DNA of 48,849 nt from Bacillota bacterium. Its GTDB lineage: Bacteria > Bacillota > Clostridia > Lachnospirales > Lachnospiraceae. The position numbers were made by a program, and so were the translations under genes. Of this stretch, positions 38,905-48,849 are shown one piece after another. Position 1 is the stretch's first letter. Every line of letters begins with the position of its first letter. The stretch lies in assembly GCA_023414985.1 (NCBI GenBank), contig JAEZLY010000141.1, positions 1-48,849 on the forward strand. The letters are read 5' to 3'. The notes beneath the pieces were generated by a model. The model was given only the letters and a program-made list of their open reading frames with translations, was not told the origin of the DNA and made no database searches.

Positions 38905-40188
38905 TTAATGTTGTAACCCATATTTCAACAGCTCTATTGCATCTTCCCACCGTCCTGTCGAACTGGAATCCATAATGACGCAGACCGCTGACTGATCACC
39001 GTCTCTGGCTGCCGCAATCAGGCATCTGCCGGCCATCGAACTGGTTCCGGTCTTAAGTCCGATTGCATGGGAAAAATACTGCCCGCTGTATTTTTTTACT
39101 AATTTATTTGTATTCGTCCAAGTTACATCCTCCCCGCTCGGAAAGATGTTTCTGGAGCTGCCCTGACTGCTGACTGCCGTAATTGTATCATTTGCCGCTG
39201 CAGCCATACCGATCAGTCCCATATCATAAGCAGTGGTATATTGCCCGACTGCATCATAGCCATCCGGTGTCTTAAAGCAGGAATTCTTCACCCCAAGGTT
39301 TTCGGCCTTTTTGTTCATCAGACGTGCAAATTCCGTAACTGCTTCCTCTCGGCTTGCTTCCGTTTCACGGAGGGACTTCCGTCCCACATGAGCAGCTATG
39401 GCATAAGCCGCATCATTACCGGAGGGAAGGAGCATTGCCGCGAGCAGATTACGTACGGTTAAGACTTCTCCTTCTTTCAGATACGCTCTTGTAGAATCCG
39501 ATGCGATCATCTTAATCTCGTCACCGATTGTAACTTCTTCGTCCTCTGCGCACCATTCCAAAGCGACCAGCGCGGTCAGAAGCTTGGCTGTACTGGCCGG
39601 AAACATGGCCTGAACAGCATTCTTATAATAAAGAACTTCCTTCGTATCTGCATCAAATAAGATTGCCGCAGTGGCATCCACACCGATATCCGGGTTGGAT
39701 ATGTCGAGCTTATCTTCGAGCTGGCTGTCCACGACCATTGCCGGGATAAAAGCCTGATAATCCACGGACTTACTATCACAGATCAGCTCCGGAGCGCTGG
39801 CTTCTACCGATGTACTATAGGTTTCTGAGGAATCTGAGTTGGCTGTATCGGAACCTTTTTCGGAAGTAGGATTCGTCTCGGTTACTGCTTCGGTTGGATT
39901 CTCTTGTTCGCTCACTTCTGCAGAAACTGCATTTGCGGCTGCAATAGTGGGCATCGCATCCTTCGTATTCTTATCGGCATTACCTGCATCACCGGCCGCC
40001 AAACTCTCCTGATCAGCCGAACCGGCTTTCTCCGGGGAAGGTGATGTCTTATCCTTAGTAGTTGATACCTGGCCTGACTGTATGTTATTGCTGCTGTCCT
40101 GCCCTATCAGATAGGTAGTAGCCGCAAACAGAGCGGCTGTAATCAAGCAGGCAGATAAAATCAGTCCCAGCAAGCTCTTCTTGTTCAT
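38905..40188 (-). CDS. D-alanyl-D-alanine carboxypeptidase (peptidase S11) with long disordered stalk
   Basis: PASTAK, SGN and KTG motifs; N-terminal TM then an S/T/E/A-rich linker; AAGGAG RBS before ATG 40188. Confidence 0.9.
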   Translation of the reverse strand: MNKKSLLGLILSACLITAALFAATTYLIGQDSSNNIQSGQVSTTKDKTSPSPEKAGSADQESLAAGDAGNADKNTKDAMPTIAAANAVSAEVSEQENPTEAVTETNPTSEKGSDTANSDSSETYSTSVEASAPELICDSKSVDYQAFIPAMVVDSQLEDKLDISNPDIGVDATAAILFDADTKEVLYYKNAVQAMFPASTAKLLTALVALEWCAEDEEVTIGDEIKMIASDSTRAYLKEGEVLTVRNLLAAMLLPSGNDAAYAIAAHVGRKSLRETEASREEAVTEFARLMNKKAENLGVKNSCFKTPDGYDAVGQYTTAYDMGLIGMAAAANDTITAVSSQGSSRNIFPSGEDVTWTNTNKLVKKYSGQYFSHAIGLKTGTSSMAGRCLIAAARDGDQSAVCVIMDSSSTGRWEDAIELLKYGLQH

Positions 40189-40234
40189 TGCATTCTCCTT
40201 AGGCACAATATGTTAATATATAAGCTTTCAGTCA

Positions 40235-40273
40235 AATGGGGACGTTACTATTGGCAATATTAACGTCCCCATT
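40235..40273. terminator. Hairpin, probable terminator
   Basis: AATGGGGACGTTA...TAACGTCCCCATT perfect 13-bp stem; T-tract is weak. Confidence 0.55.
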
Positions 40274-40330
40274 ACTATTCTTTCTTATTTTAATATTTGT
40301 ATTCGAAGAATGCAACTATTTTTGGTAATT

Positions 40331-41212
40331 CTAATAAATATCTATGTTGACATCACCGACTCCGCCGTCAACCTCAATCGAATTGGCAGCCGGACGGTTA
40401 CGGTATTCATTCTCTCTTACTTTATCTCCGTTGACTCGGATATTACCTACACCGGAGTCGATATTCAGATCATAATCTCCGATATTACCGGTCAGATTCA
40501 AATCTACAGAACCGACACCGCATTCGAATTTATTATCACCATGCATGACACCACTGATGTTTACGCTACCGACGCCGCAGTTAAAATCAGCATCGTTAAA
40601 GGTAACATCATTAAAGTTCACAGAACCGACGCCGCCTTCCATCTTCACCTTGTTGGCGACTATGCTGCTCCCTTTGATATTGCCTGCCCCTGCGGAAAGA
40701 TACAGATAATCCGTATTCAGGCTATCAATGCTTACGGATCCGGCCCCGGATTCTATTTTAACTTCTTCTGCCAAAAAATTCGCGGGAACATAAACCGTAA
40801 TTTTGGAATTCGGATTATTGATTCCGTTGAAATGAAATCCGAAGAAGCGAAAACCGGATTCGTTATCCGTAACACAAAGCTCACCGTTACTTTTCACTTC
40901 AGCTTCAAAGCCGTCCAACACGTTCTCTGCCTCTACACGGAATGTATCGCCGGTCTTGATCCTTAACTCTCCGGTGCTGTTATCAATATTAAGACTCTTC
41001 ACATCACTGAAGCTTTCATCGAAATCGACGGTATCCCAGTCCTCCTCTGAGAAGACATGTTTGTCAGTGAAGTGCGTTCTTGTAATAGTACGGCCGCTGG
41101 AGAAGGATACGATACCGAATACTAAATTCACTACTGCTGATATAATTCCGATTGCCAGAATGACTGCTAATGCAATTGCACAATATTTAATTACTCTTTG
41201 CAAACTGTTCAT
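40331..41212 (-). CDS. DUF4097 beta-strand repeat membrane-anchored protein (LiaG-like)
   Basis: N-terminal TM; repeated GAG/GVG-S-V units; overlaps the upstream gene by 4 nt. Confidence 0.82.
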   Translation of the reverse strand: MNSLQRVIKYCAIALAVILAIGIISAVVNLVFGIVSFSSGRTITRTHFTDKHVFSEEDWDTVDFDESFSDVKSLNIDNSTGELRIKTGDTFRVEAENVLDGFEAEVKSNGELCVTDNESGFRFFGFHFNGINNPNSKITVYVPANFLAEEVKIESGAGSVSIDSLNTDYLYLSAGAGNIKGSSIVANKVKMEGGVGSVNFNDVTFNDADFNCGVGSVNISGVMHGDNKFECGVGSVDLNLTGNIGDYDLNIDSGVGNIRVNGDKVRENEYRNRPAANSIEVDGGVGDVNIDIY

Positions 41213-41913
41213 TTAATATCAATCCCTCCAAACATGCAGGTGGAATTTAGGTAAACCGTAGGTGCTGTAGGATCCGCAGGTTGGATGTGCTTATTGCTGA
41301 CCCCTCCGAATACCGGTACGTTATTTACCTTAACCTTAACACCCTGGGGCAGAAAGATATCAATTCCGCCAAATACCGCTGAGGCATTGATTTCACAGTC
41401 ACCGGTGATTACTGCATCCCTAAGATCCAGGACGATTGCTCCGAATACCGCACTGAGGCTCGTGCTGTAGAACTGATCCGTAACATGTATATGATTACTG
41501 GAGAATACTGCACTGTAATCCGATTTCGCAGAACCGGAAAAGCTTTGTCCCTGTGCTCCTCCGTTCATATTGAAGTTCTCGTCAAAGTGGACTCTTTTAC
41601 GGAAAGCACCCTGAAACATAATTCTGATACCGATAAAAATGAGTATAGCCGGTACAATCAGCTCCCAGATACTAAATCTTAGGTCAATCTGATAGTTCAT
41701 CAACAACAATACACCGATGATAAAGCCCAAGGTCGAACCCGTTCCGAAACCGGTCTGAATCATGCTGATAAAGCAGGGTACGATGATAAACAGGGTCCAC
41801 CAACCGTCAAAGAAAAAGTGAAAATCCCAGAGGTCCATAATGTTTCCGGCAAAACCTACGCCGACAACGATAAAGAATAACCCCCATAAAACATTTGATA
41901 ATTTGTTTCTCAT
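41209..41913 (-). CDS. LiaF-like cell-envelope stress membrane protein (DUF2154-like C-terminus)
   Basis: Four N-terminal TMs, then AVFGAIVLDLR, AVFGGIDI and FGGVSNK motifs. Confidence 0.8.
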   Translation of the reverse strand: MRNKLSNVLWGLFFIVVGVGFAGNIMDLWDFHFFFDGWWTLFIIVPCFISMIQTGFGTGSTLGFIIGVLLLMNYQIDLRFSIWELIVPAILIFIGIRIMFQGAFRKRVHFDENFNMNGGAQGQSFSGSAKSDYSAVFSSNHIHVTDQFYSTSLSAVFGAIVLDLRDAVITGDCEINASAVFGGIDIFLPQGVKVKVNNVPVFGGVSNKHIQPADPTAPTVYLNSTCMFGGIDIK

Positions 41914-42023
41914 AGATATTCCTCCCACGATAATTTTTGTTAATATAACAAAACGTTTTTGACACTTTTGTTATATTTTCGATTGTATGACAAAAGGTCA
42001 GGTCACCTTCGGTGACCTGATAT

Positions 42024-42079
42024 ACTTGCATAAAAAAGCTCTCGGAAAATTTATTTTCCAGAGGCTTTCTTATGCAAGT
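42024..42079. terminator. Long hairpin downstream of the beta-helix gene
   Basis: ACTTGCATAA.AAAGC...GCTTT.TTATGCAAGT arms. Confidence 0.5.
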
Positions 42080-42257
42080 GATCCGGCTGCATTATCAGCC
42101 GGACTTTTGTCCGCCTAATCTAAGTTATAATTGAGTATGAAATCTGGTGCATCATACCATTTCCGGATTTATTTGCATCCATCATACTTCATATAACGAG
42201 TTACCGCAACAGAAAACTTCAATCTTTAATCAATTTAATTGTATTTTAACAATCCTT

Positions 42258-44645
42258 TTATTTCATGTATTCCGATGTATAATAATACTTCAGCGTATCT
42301 GAAGTATATACACCGTAGGTCCTGTTTACACGGATAAAGGTCTCCCCCGCATACTTCAGATAGTTCTTGAGCATTAAGCTGATTTCATCAGCATTTACTT
42401 CATTATAGGTAATGGCGTATTCACTTCCGGTACCATTATTCTTCCAGGGCATCAGCTGAATCGGCCTGGGAACATTGGTAAAGTAATTCCCTGTTATCAC
42501 AGGATGGATCACACCGCTTGCCAGAACTGCACGCTCAGTACCCTGCCCCATATTCACGTTCGTAATGTGGTTTCCCATAATGACCGGGTTCTTCCAGTTT
42601 AGGATTCGGATGGCGTCTGAGCTGGTATTCTCAATATTATTATTCAATATCCTGATATTCTCGTGATATTTATCCTCGGAATACTTATGAGTACCGACTG
42701 CCCGCTCCAGATTTCGAAAGCTGTTTTTCTGAATGACGACATCTAAATCCGGGGTACAGTCATAGCTGGTCCAGGTCGCATGGAAGCCTCCGGTCTTACT
42801 ATCAGGTGTATCAATATTAATTGCTTCCTTGATTCCGGACTCGGATGCCTTATGATCTTCAAAGCTGTTATTTTCGATCAGGATATTCCGGGAGGCGTCC
42901 AATTCTATAAAATGACCGCCGTACATATTACGGAACCGGATCCCTTTCACGGTTACCTCAGTATTATGTCCGAACATGATTCCAATCGCACCGTCGACAT
43001 AATTCAAATCTATGGCAGCACTGCCCTCACCGATGAACTTGATATCCGTCTCACCGCCGTATCCCGAATAAGCACCGGCAACTGCTGCCTTGGACGGCGC
43101 CGCAAGATGGAACATGGCTTTGGAGCTCTCAATCTGTGTCGTACCTGTCTGCTCCTTCTTACGGAGCACTGCTCCGTCCTTTAGATTGATGGTTACATGG
43201 GACGGTACATGAAGTGCATTCGTTATATCATAGGTACCGGAGGTCAGGATCAGGGTTCCTCCACCTGTCTTCTCCAATTGTTCTAAATAGGAACGCAGCA
43301 CATAATACATCCTCGTATCCGGTGTATAGGTACTGAAATTACTGTATTTATTCTGAAAAGGTTCCGAGGTCGGTGATAGAGTGAAAGAATTCAATGAGGC
43401 ATTGACAATCTCCCATTTCTCCGTATCCTGTGTAAATTCATTATAGGTTTTGTTATAGCGGATGAAGTATTCATCCATATCTGCAAGCGTATTGGAAAGG
43501 ATCGCAGCCTTATTCTCTTCGCTGATGCTGTTATAGGTTATCGCATATCCGGCTCCGCTGTTCGTATTCTTCCAGGGTAAAATCTGTATCGCACGATCCA
43601 CATCGTTAAAAGTATTCCTGGTTATTGTCGGATTCTTGGCACCGCTGACATAGACTCCCTTCAGACTGTCTTTCGTACTTCTGATTCCGGAAAAACGGTT
43701 ACTGCTGATTGTACTGTCCTCCCAATTCAGCATACGGATACCGCAGGAAGTCATGGATGTAATCACATTATCCTGGATGCAGATCCGACAGTGATACTTA
43801 CCCTCGGTATATTTGAAGCTGCCGACCGCCCTCTCCAGCTTCGTGAATTCATTGTTCTTTATCGTAATATCCTTACATATGGTACGATCTGCCTTACTCC
43901 AGGAGTAAAGGAAGGTTCCGGTGGTTGTATCGGGTGTCTCTATCGCGATCGCTTCCTTACTGCCGGTAGAGGAAGCCTTATGATCAGAAAAGCGGTTATC
44001 CTGGATCGTAACTCTTCTGGATGCTCCGATTTTGATAAAGCTGCCATTATTCATTCTCTGAAAGCTGATCCCCCGGATGATAATGTCCGAATTATGTCCG
44101 ATTACTATTCCGGTGGCGTCTTTACTATAATTTAAGTCTATGCTTGCCGAGCCCTCGCCCTGTATCGTAATCCCATGCTCTCCCTGATACCCTGCCGCAG
44201 CTGATGTTCTGCCGGCTTTGCCCGGTGCAATCAGCTGGAGCATAACTGAGGTAGGGGCAAGCGCTTTTGTTCCCGTATCATTACTTTTCACCAGCTTGAC
44301 GCCATCCTTTAGGATCAGGGTGATTCCGGAGGAAATGTTCAGTGTATTGGTAATCTGATAGGTCCCTTCCGAGAGGACAAGCTTTCCTCCTCCCTGCTTT
44401 TCCAGCAGCTCTAAGTAGGAACGAAGCATGTAGTACTGTCTGGTTTTAGAATTATAGGTTGAAGAGGACTGATACTTCTTCTGATACGGAGTACTGCCGG
44501 GTTTGACAGTATACGTATTTCCTGCTGCCTCTTCTGCCTTGGCATACGATACAGGCGAAAAAAGCCCGCATAACAATACAGAGATGAGGAATATATAAAT
44601 TCCTGTCACCCCTGTTCTGATCCATCTTTGTCCTGTCCTTCTCAT
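42258..44645 (-). CDS. Secreted right-handed beta-helix (pectin lyase-like) protein made of two tandem modules
   Basis: Signal peptide; duplicated YY.LRSYLE.LEK.GGG.L...GTY module; I..N.F beta-helix rungs; GGAGG RBS before ATG 44645. Confidence 0.8.
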   Translation of the reverse strand: MRRTGQRWIRTGVTGIYIFLISVLLCGLFSPVSYAKAEEAAGNTYTVKPGSTPYQKKYQSSSTYNSKTRQYYMLRSYLELLEKQGGGKLVLSEGTYQITNTLNISSGITLILKDGVKLVKSNDTGTKALAPTSVMLQLIAPGKAGRTSAAAGYQGEHGITIQGEGSASIDLNYSKDATGIVIGHNSDIIIRGISFQRMNNGSFIKIGASRRVTIQDNRFSDHKASSTGSKEAIAIETPDTTTGTFLYSWSKADRTICKDITIKNNEFTKLERAVGSFKYTEGKYHCRICIQDNVITSMTSCGIRMLNWEDSTISSNRFSGIRSTKDSLKGVYVSGAKNPTITRNTFNDVDRAIQILPWKNTNSGAGYAITYNSISEENKAAILSNTLADMDEYFIRYNKTYNEFTQDTEKWEIVNASLNSFTLSPTSEPFQNKYSNFSTYTPDTRMYYVLRSYLEQLEKTGGGTLILTSGTYDITNALHVPSHVTINLKDGAVLRKKEQTGTTQIESSKAMFHLAAPSKAAVAGAYSGYGGETDIKFIGEGSAAIDLNYVDGAIGIMFGHNTEVTVKGIRFRNMYGGHFIELDASRNILIENNSFEDHKASESGIKEAINIDTPDSKTGGFHATWTSYDCTPDLDVVIQKNSFRNLERAVGTHKYSEDKYHENIRILNNNIENTSSDAIRILNWKNPVIMGNHITNVNMGQGTERAVLASGVIHPVITGNYFTNVPRPIQLMPWKNNGTGSEYAITYNEVNADEISLMLKNYLKYAGETFIRVNRTYGVYTSDTLKYYYTSEYMK

Positions 44646-44775
44646 CTGCTGTACCTCCGTTCGTATCACTCAGTATGCTAATCGGCATACAATTGTACTA
44701 AATGAGTCTTTAGAATGTTCCTTCGTTTTAACTTTATCATGACATCTTGTCAAAGAAGAGTCATTTTTATTAATT

Positions 44776-46491
44776 CTATGTACCTTGATTACTTGCTCTC
44801 AGCTGATCAAATACATTATAAATGTCGAGAATTCCGTATCCCCAATCCCTGTTCGGATAGACCAGATTTTCGCTCCGATCAGCACCGCGGATTAGAAATT
44901 TCTTGGCCTCCACCGTGTCAATTCCCGGATAATTATTTCTAACGATTGCCCATTCCAAAAGAATTGCTGTCACCCCTGCCGTATGAGCAGCCGCGGCTCC
45001 TGTCCCGGTATAGGTCGTATATCCGTGGTTCAGAGAAGGACATTGTATATTAACTCCGGGAGCCGCAAAATCCGGTTTGATGGCTCCTGTCCTTGTATAA
45101 CCCCTTCCGGCCTGTTGATACAGATTATTCCCGGGAGCCGGATTGTAGGCTGTTACCGTAATCGGGATCTGAGCATTTCCCGGGGAAGTAATCGTTGTAT
45201 AATTATTGGGTTGAACAAAATACGTATTATTTCCTATAAAACCATTCATCGGCAGCCAGATATGAAAGGATCCCTGCAGATTGCCTCTTGTATAGACCTG
45301 AAAGCGCCAGATCCCCGGAGACGGAGTTTTAAATCTCATTACAATCACCTGGTCCCCTGTAGAGGACTCGATAATTTCATAATCTACATTGATAACCGTC
45401 CTGTCGAAGATAAAGCTGATAACCCTGCTAACCTGCAGTCCTTCCGCTATCCTGGGAATATATTCTCCCGAGGGCGACAATATATCGATGGAATAGGTAT
45501 TCGGAGCAGTTCCCCATAGCTCCATCGAAAATCCTGCTTCATTCTCCCCCACATTCATTTCCACTGTTACAGTTCCGTCATTGGCACCAATTGTACTAAA
45601 AAAGTGTCTGCGGGCGTTGCCCTCATTTCCTGCGGAGATTACAACTGCGATACCCGGAAAATTGCCTCCTACCGAAAGAAGATTGGACAGGGCCCCCTTG
45701 CCATCATGAGAGCCCATGGAGGAACCCAGTCCGATACAGATCACCGCCGGCCGATTCAATCTCCGGGCTACTTCAATAACATATTGAGTCGCCCACATGA
45801 TATCATTTTCCTGATATGCGGCCACATTCGGCGGAATAAAGTAGAAATCCTTTAGATTTTGCTTTGCAGGTTTCAGTTTAACAACAACCAGTTCTGATCC
45901 GGGTACCACACCGCTGAAATCATTGGCCTCATCTGCAGAACCTGCTGCTATTCCGGCCAGTGCTGTCCCATGACCATTTTCATCCGTACTTGGTACCACC
46001 TCTAAGGGATTACTGCTCTGTAATGCCGTATTGATCGTATCACTCGAATATTCCGTACCGTATAGGGTGCTTGCAGGGAACTGTGCGCTTTCAATCGTCT
46101 GATCCCACAAGGACGCTATCCTGGTGGTGCCGTCCGCATTACGAAAGGCCGGATGGGTATAGTCAATCCCCGTATCGATGATTCCGATCAGAACCCCTTC
46201 TCCCAGCAACTGAAATACAGGAATCCGCCGAAGTCGGATTACACCGGAGGCTTCCAGGCTTTCCTGACTGGTAAGCCCATATATGGCAGGGATCACAGAA
46301 TACCCATATTGGGAGATTACTCTGCCTGACAGCAGACTGGCAGGAACATATGCAACCGCGTTACTTCCGTTCATGATTTGTACCATGCCCTGCGGGAAAA
46401 GGCTAAATACTCTTTGGTCCTGATTGTAAGGCACCATAAAATCCGCATAATCGTTACTTGTAATCCGTTGTCTGTCCGACTCAGTCAGCAT
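44776..46491 (-). CDS. Csp-family subtilase (S8) with catalytic Ser replaced by Gly (predicted pseudoprotease)
   Basis: IDTGIDY, GHGT, VVKLK, AGNEG and WGYG motifs; GTG instead of GTS. Start ATG 46491. Confidence 0.88.
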   Translation of the reverse strand: MLTESDRQRITSNDYADFMVPYNQDQRVFSLFPQGMVQIMNGSNAVAYVPASLLSGRVISQYGYSVIPAIYGLTSQESLEASGVIRLRRIPVFQLLGEGVLIGIIDTGIDYTHPAFRNADGTTRIASLWDQTIESAQFPASTLYGTEYSSDTINTALQSSNPLEVVPSTDENGHGTALAGIAAGSADEANDFSGVVPGSELVVVKLKPAKQNLKDFYFIPPNVAAYQENDIMWATQYVIEVARRLNRPAVICIGLGSSMGSHDGKGALSNLLSVGGNFPGIAVVISAGNEGNARRHFFSTIGANDGTVTVEMNVGENEAGFSMELWGTAPNTYSIDILSPSGEYIPRIAEGLQVSRVISFIFDRTVINVDYEIIESSTGDQVIVMRFKTPSPGIWRFQVYTRGNLQGSFHIWLPMNGFIGNNTYFVQPNNYTTITSPGNAQIPITVTAYNPAPGNNLYQQAGRGYTRTGAIKPDFAAPGVNIQCPSLNHGYTTYTGTGAAAAHTAGVTAILLEWAIVRNNYPGIDTVEAKKFLIRGADRSENLVYPNRDWGYGILDIYNVFDQLRASNQGT

Positions 46492-46503
46492 CCCGTACAC
46501 CTC

Positions 46504-48210
46504 CTATCCTCCCTCACTTGTCCGAAGGGAATCATAGATATTATATACATCCAGTATTCCATATCCCCAGTCTCTGTTCGGATATTGGATGTTAAGCTCT
46601 CGCCTGGCCCCCCGAATCATAAATACTTTTAGATCCAGCGTATTGACATTCGGCCTGTTGCCTCTCACCGCAGCCCATTCCAGTAACATTGCAACAACAC
46701 CTGCCGTATGTGCCGCGCTGGGGCTGGTACCAGTGACCTCCGTAAAGCCCTGCTCCTTCGTCGGAGCCAGGATATTGACTCCCGGAGCAGCGATCTCCGG
46801 CTTGATATCCCCGGTTCTGGTATATCCTCTGCTGGCATTGAGGTATAAACTGTCATCGGCGATATTATATGCCGTAGTTGTAATCGGTATCGTTGCATTG
46901 CCGGGAGACAATACCGTAGTATACGGATCGGAACGAATATAATAGGTATTATTGGAGATAAAGCCTTCCATCGGCAGCCAGGAATGGAACTGCGTCGCCA
47001 ATGGTCCTCCTCCGTAAATATTAAAGCGCCATATACCGGTTGCAGGATTTGAAAACCTGAGCAGAATTAGTTGATCCCCACTCTGGGATTCAATCAATTG
47101 ATAGTCGAGAACAATCCTTGTCGGTTCGAAGATAAATGTAATATCCCGGGTCTCATCCAGTCTCGCTGCAATCCTCGGGACGGTCTCACCGGAGGGGGTC
47201 TGGATATCGATGGAAAAACTCCCGGGAGAGGACCCCCAGATTTCCATTGAGAAACCAGGTTCATTTTCACCGACAAACAATTCCATAGTATCAAACCCAA
47301 CAGCCGGATCGATCGTACCAAAGAAATGTCTTCTGGCATTGCCTTCATTTCCGGCTGCCACTACAACTCCAAACTGAATATGCTGTGCCTGCAAAGACAG
47401 ATAACTGCTCAGTGTTCCTCTTCCGTCATGAGCACCCTGCGAGGTCCCAAAGGCTATACACACGACTATAGGACGGTTCAAATGATTAGCAACTCTATTG
47501 ACATAATCAACGGCGAAGATGATATCATTCTCCTGATAGGCCGGAACATCCAGAGGGATACGGAAGAATTCTCTTAAATACTGTTTTGCCGGCTTCAGCT
47601 TGACAACAACAAGCTCCGCATCCGGAACTACTCCGGAGAAGCCGCTTTCCTGCACCTCATTTCCAGCTGCTATACCGGCAACCATGGTTCCATGCCCTAC
47701 TTCATCTGTTGTCGGCACGATGCTTCGGGGATTTTCGCTGGCTAAAGCCTGGTTGATCTGTTCTCTGGTATATTCCGTTCCATAATAGGTTCCCTCCGGA
47801 AATTGATCACTGAACACTGTCTGATCCCAGATTGACACGATCTTTGTTGTATTATCAGCATTACGGAAAATCGGATTAGTGTAATCAATGCCTGAATCAA
47901 TCACCGCAACCAAAACACCCTGACCACGGAGGTTAAAGTTCGGAATATTACGGAGTCTTATTATACCGGAAGCTTCCAGACTTGCTTCACTGATTAAACC
48001 GAATAAGGATGGCATGACCGCATAGCCCAGAGTGGATATGGTGGTATCTGTAATCTGACTGACCGGAACATGCACCACTGCATAAAAAAAATTAATAATA
48101 TGGACCGAGGCATTTTGAAAACGATTTAGTACATTCATGTCGCCGCTGTAAGTTACCAGCAGATCGGCATAATCGTTGCTGATGATCCTTTGCCGTTCCT
48201 CCTCCGTCAT
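46504..48210 (-). CDS. Csp-family subtilase (S8), intact triad (CspB-like germination protease)
   Basis: IDSGIDY, GHGT, AGNEG, GTS and WGYG motifs; central jelly-roll-sized insert; no signal peptide. Confidence 0.9.
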   Translation of the reverse strand: MTEEERQRIISNDYADLLVTYSGDMNVLNRFQNASVHIINFFYAVVHVPVSQITDTTISTLGYAVMPSLFGLISEASLEASGIIRLRNIPNFNLRGQGVLVAVIDSGIDYTNPIFRNADNTTKIVSIWDQTVFSDQFPEGTYYGTEYTREQINQALASENPRSIVPTTDEVGHGTMVAGIAAGNEVQESGFSGVVPDAELVVVKLKPAKQYLREFFRIPLDVPAYQENDIIFAVDYVNRVANHLNRPIVVCIAFGTSQGAHDGRGTLSSYLSLQAQHIQFGVVVAAGNEGNARRHFFGTIDPAVGFDTMELFVGENEPGFSMEIWGSSPGSFSIDIQTPSGETVPRIAARLDETRDITFIFEPTRIVLDYQLIESQSGDQLILLRFSNPATGIWRFNIYGGGPLATQFHSWLPMEGFISNNTYYIRSDPYTTVLSPGNATIPITTTAYNIADDSLYLNASRGYTRTGDIKPEIAAPGVNILAPTKEQGFTEVTGTSPSAAHTAGVVAMLLEWAAVRGNRPNVNTLDLKVFMIRGARRELNIQYPNRDWGYGILDVYNIYDSLRTSEGG

Positions 48211-48285
48211 ACGGCTCCCCCCTATGAACACTCTTTACACTATTATATAAATAATAATTAAAATATATTATCATAGAATAACAAA

Positions 48286-48346
48286 AAGGAAGTAACGTAA
48301 GCGGATACTCCGGTCCTCAGACCATCAAGCCGTTCGTTACTTCCTT
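48286..48346 (-). terminator. Probable terminator after rplT
   Basis: AAGGAAGTAACG...CGTTACTTCCTT arms with a long loop; T-tract on the minus strand. Confidence 0.55.
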
Positions 48347-48376
48347 CTCTATAGAAAGTCGATTTATACCAAAGAG

Positions 48377-48733
48377 TTATGCCAACTTGGATTTAGCAAC
48401 CTCAGCCAGTGCTGTAAAGCCCTGAGCATCGTTGATCGCCATATCCGCAAGCATCTTTCTGTTGATGTCAACATTAGCTACTTTTAAACCATGCATTAAC
48501 TTGCTGTAGGATAAGCCGTTCATTCTAGCTGCTGCATTAATTCTTGCAATCCATAACTGTCTGAACTGTCTCTTTCTTTCTTTTCTGCCTGCAAAAGAGG
48601 ATGTTAATGCTCTCATAACAGACTGCTTTGCTACTCTATACTGTTTGGATCTGGCACCTCTAAAACCCTTAGCCAGCTTTAATACTTTATTATGTCTTTT
48701 CTTAGCGTTTAATCCGCCCTTCACTCTTGCCAT
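48377..48733 (-). CDS. rplT: 50S ribosomal protein L20
   Basis: MARVKGG...LAKGFRG...[13 protein letters not shown]...INRKMLAD. Confidence 0.99.
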   Translation of the reverse strand: MARVKGGLNAKKRHNKVLKLAKGFRGARSKQYRVAKQSVMRALTSSFAGRKERKRQFRQLWIARINAAARMNGLSYSKLMHGLKVANVDINRKMLADMAINDAQGFTALAEVAKSKLA

Positions 48734-48758
48734 GTTCTATTCCTCCTTATCACCAATC

Positions 48759-48849
48759 TTAAAGATATGGTAAGATTTTCTTCATGTTTTTGATATTAGT
48801 TGAATCCGTCATAGTTCCTTTTCTCAGATTCCTCTTTCTTTTTGCGGAT
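48759..48849 (-). CDS. rpmI: 50S ribosomal protein L35, 3' part
   Basis: Minus strand reads ...SAKRKRNLRKGTMTDSTNIKNMKKILPYL*, immediately upstream of rplT. Confidence 0.95.
   Translation of the reverse strand, partial: SAKRKRNLRKGTMTDSTNIKNMKKILPYL

Overview
A chromosomal window from a spore-forming Clostridia bacterium, most likely Lachnospiraceae (inferred from gene content: type II GalT, Csp subtilases, forespore-type promoters, rpmI-rplT). I saw no prophage, transposase, integrase, CRISPR array or rRNA. Contents from left to right: ComEC-like 3' end/DUF3006/GAF genes; aroK; the galK-galE-galT operon with ArsR-type and Lrp regulators; a five-gene flavin-based extracellular electron transfer (FLEET-like) operon (Ndh2-DoxX, polyprenyl synthase, UbiA/MenA, tandem-domain lipoprotein, ApbE) behind a Rex-like operator; AraC regulators, two divergent MATE pumps and a GH3; a GalM homolog; asparaginase; an MFS transporter; an unannotated 57-aa repeat peptide; tRNA-Gln; assorted envelope and metabolic genes; a duplicated beta-helix protein; two Csp proteases; rplT-rpmI. 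The best leads are: (1) an Ndh2 with two ApbE-type flavinylation motifs in its membrane-domain loop, in an operon lacking eetA/eetB/fmnA; (2) a 281-bp highly structured non-coding element; (3) the hidden sigmaG-type N/S/R-repeat microprotein; (4) a core promoter enclosed by inverted repeats between the two MATE genes; (5) three apparent pseudoenzymes (GalM, one Csp, one beta-helix module). All family assignments come from motif recognition by eye, without database searches.
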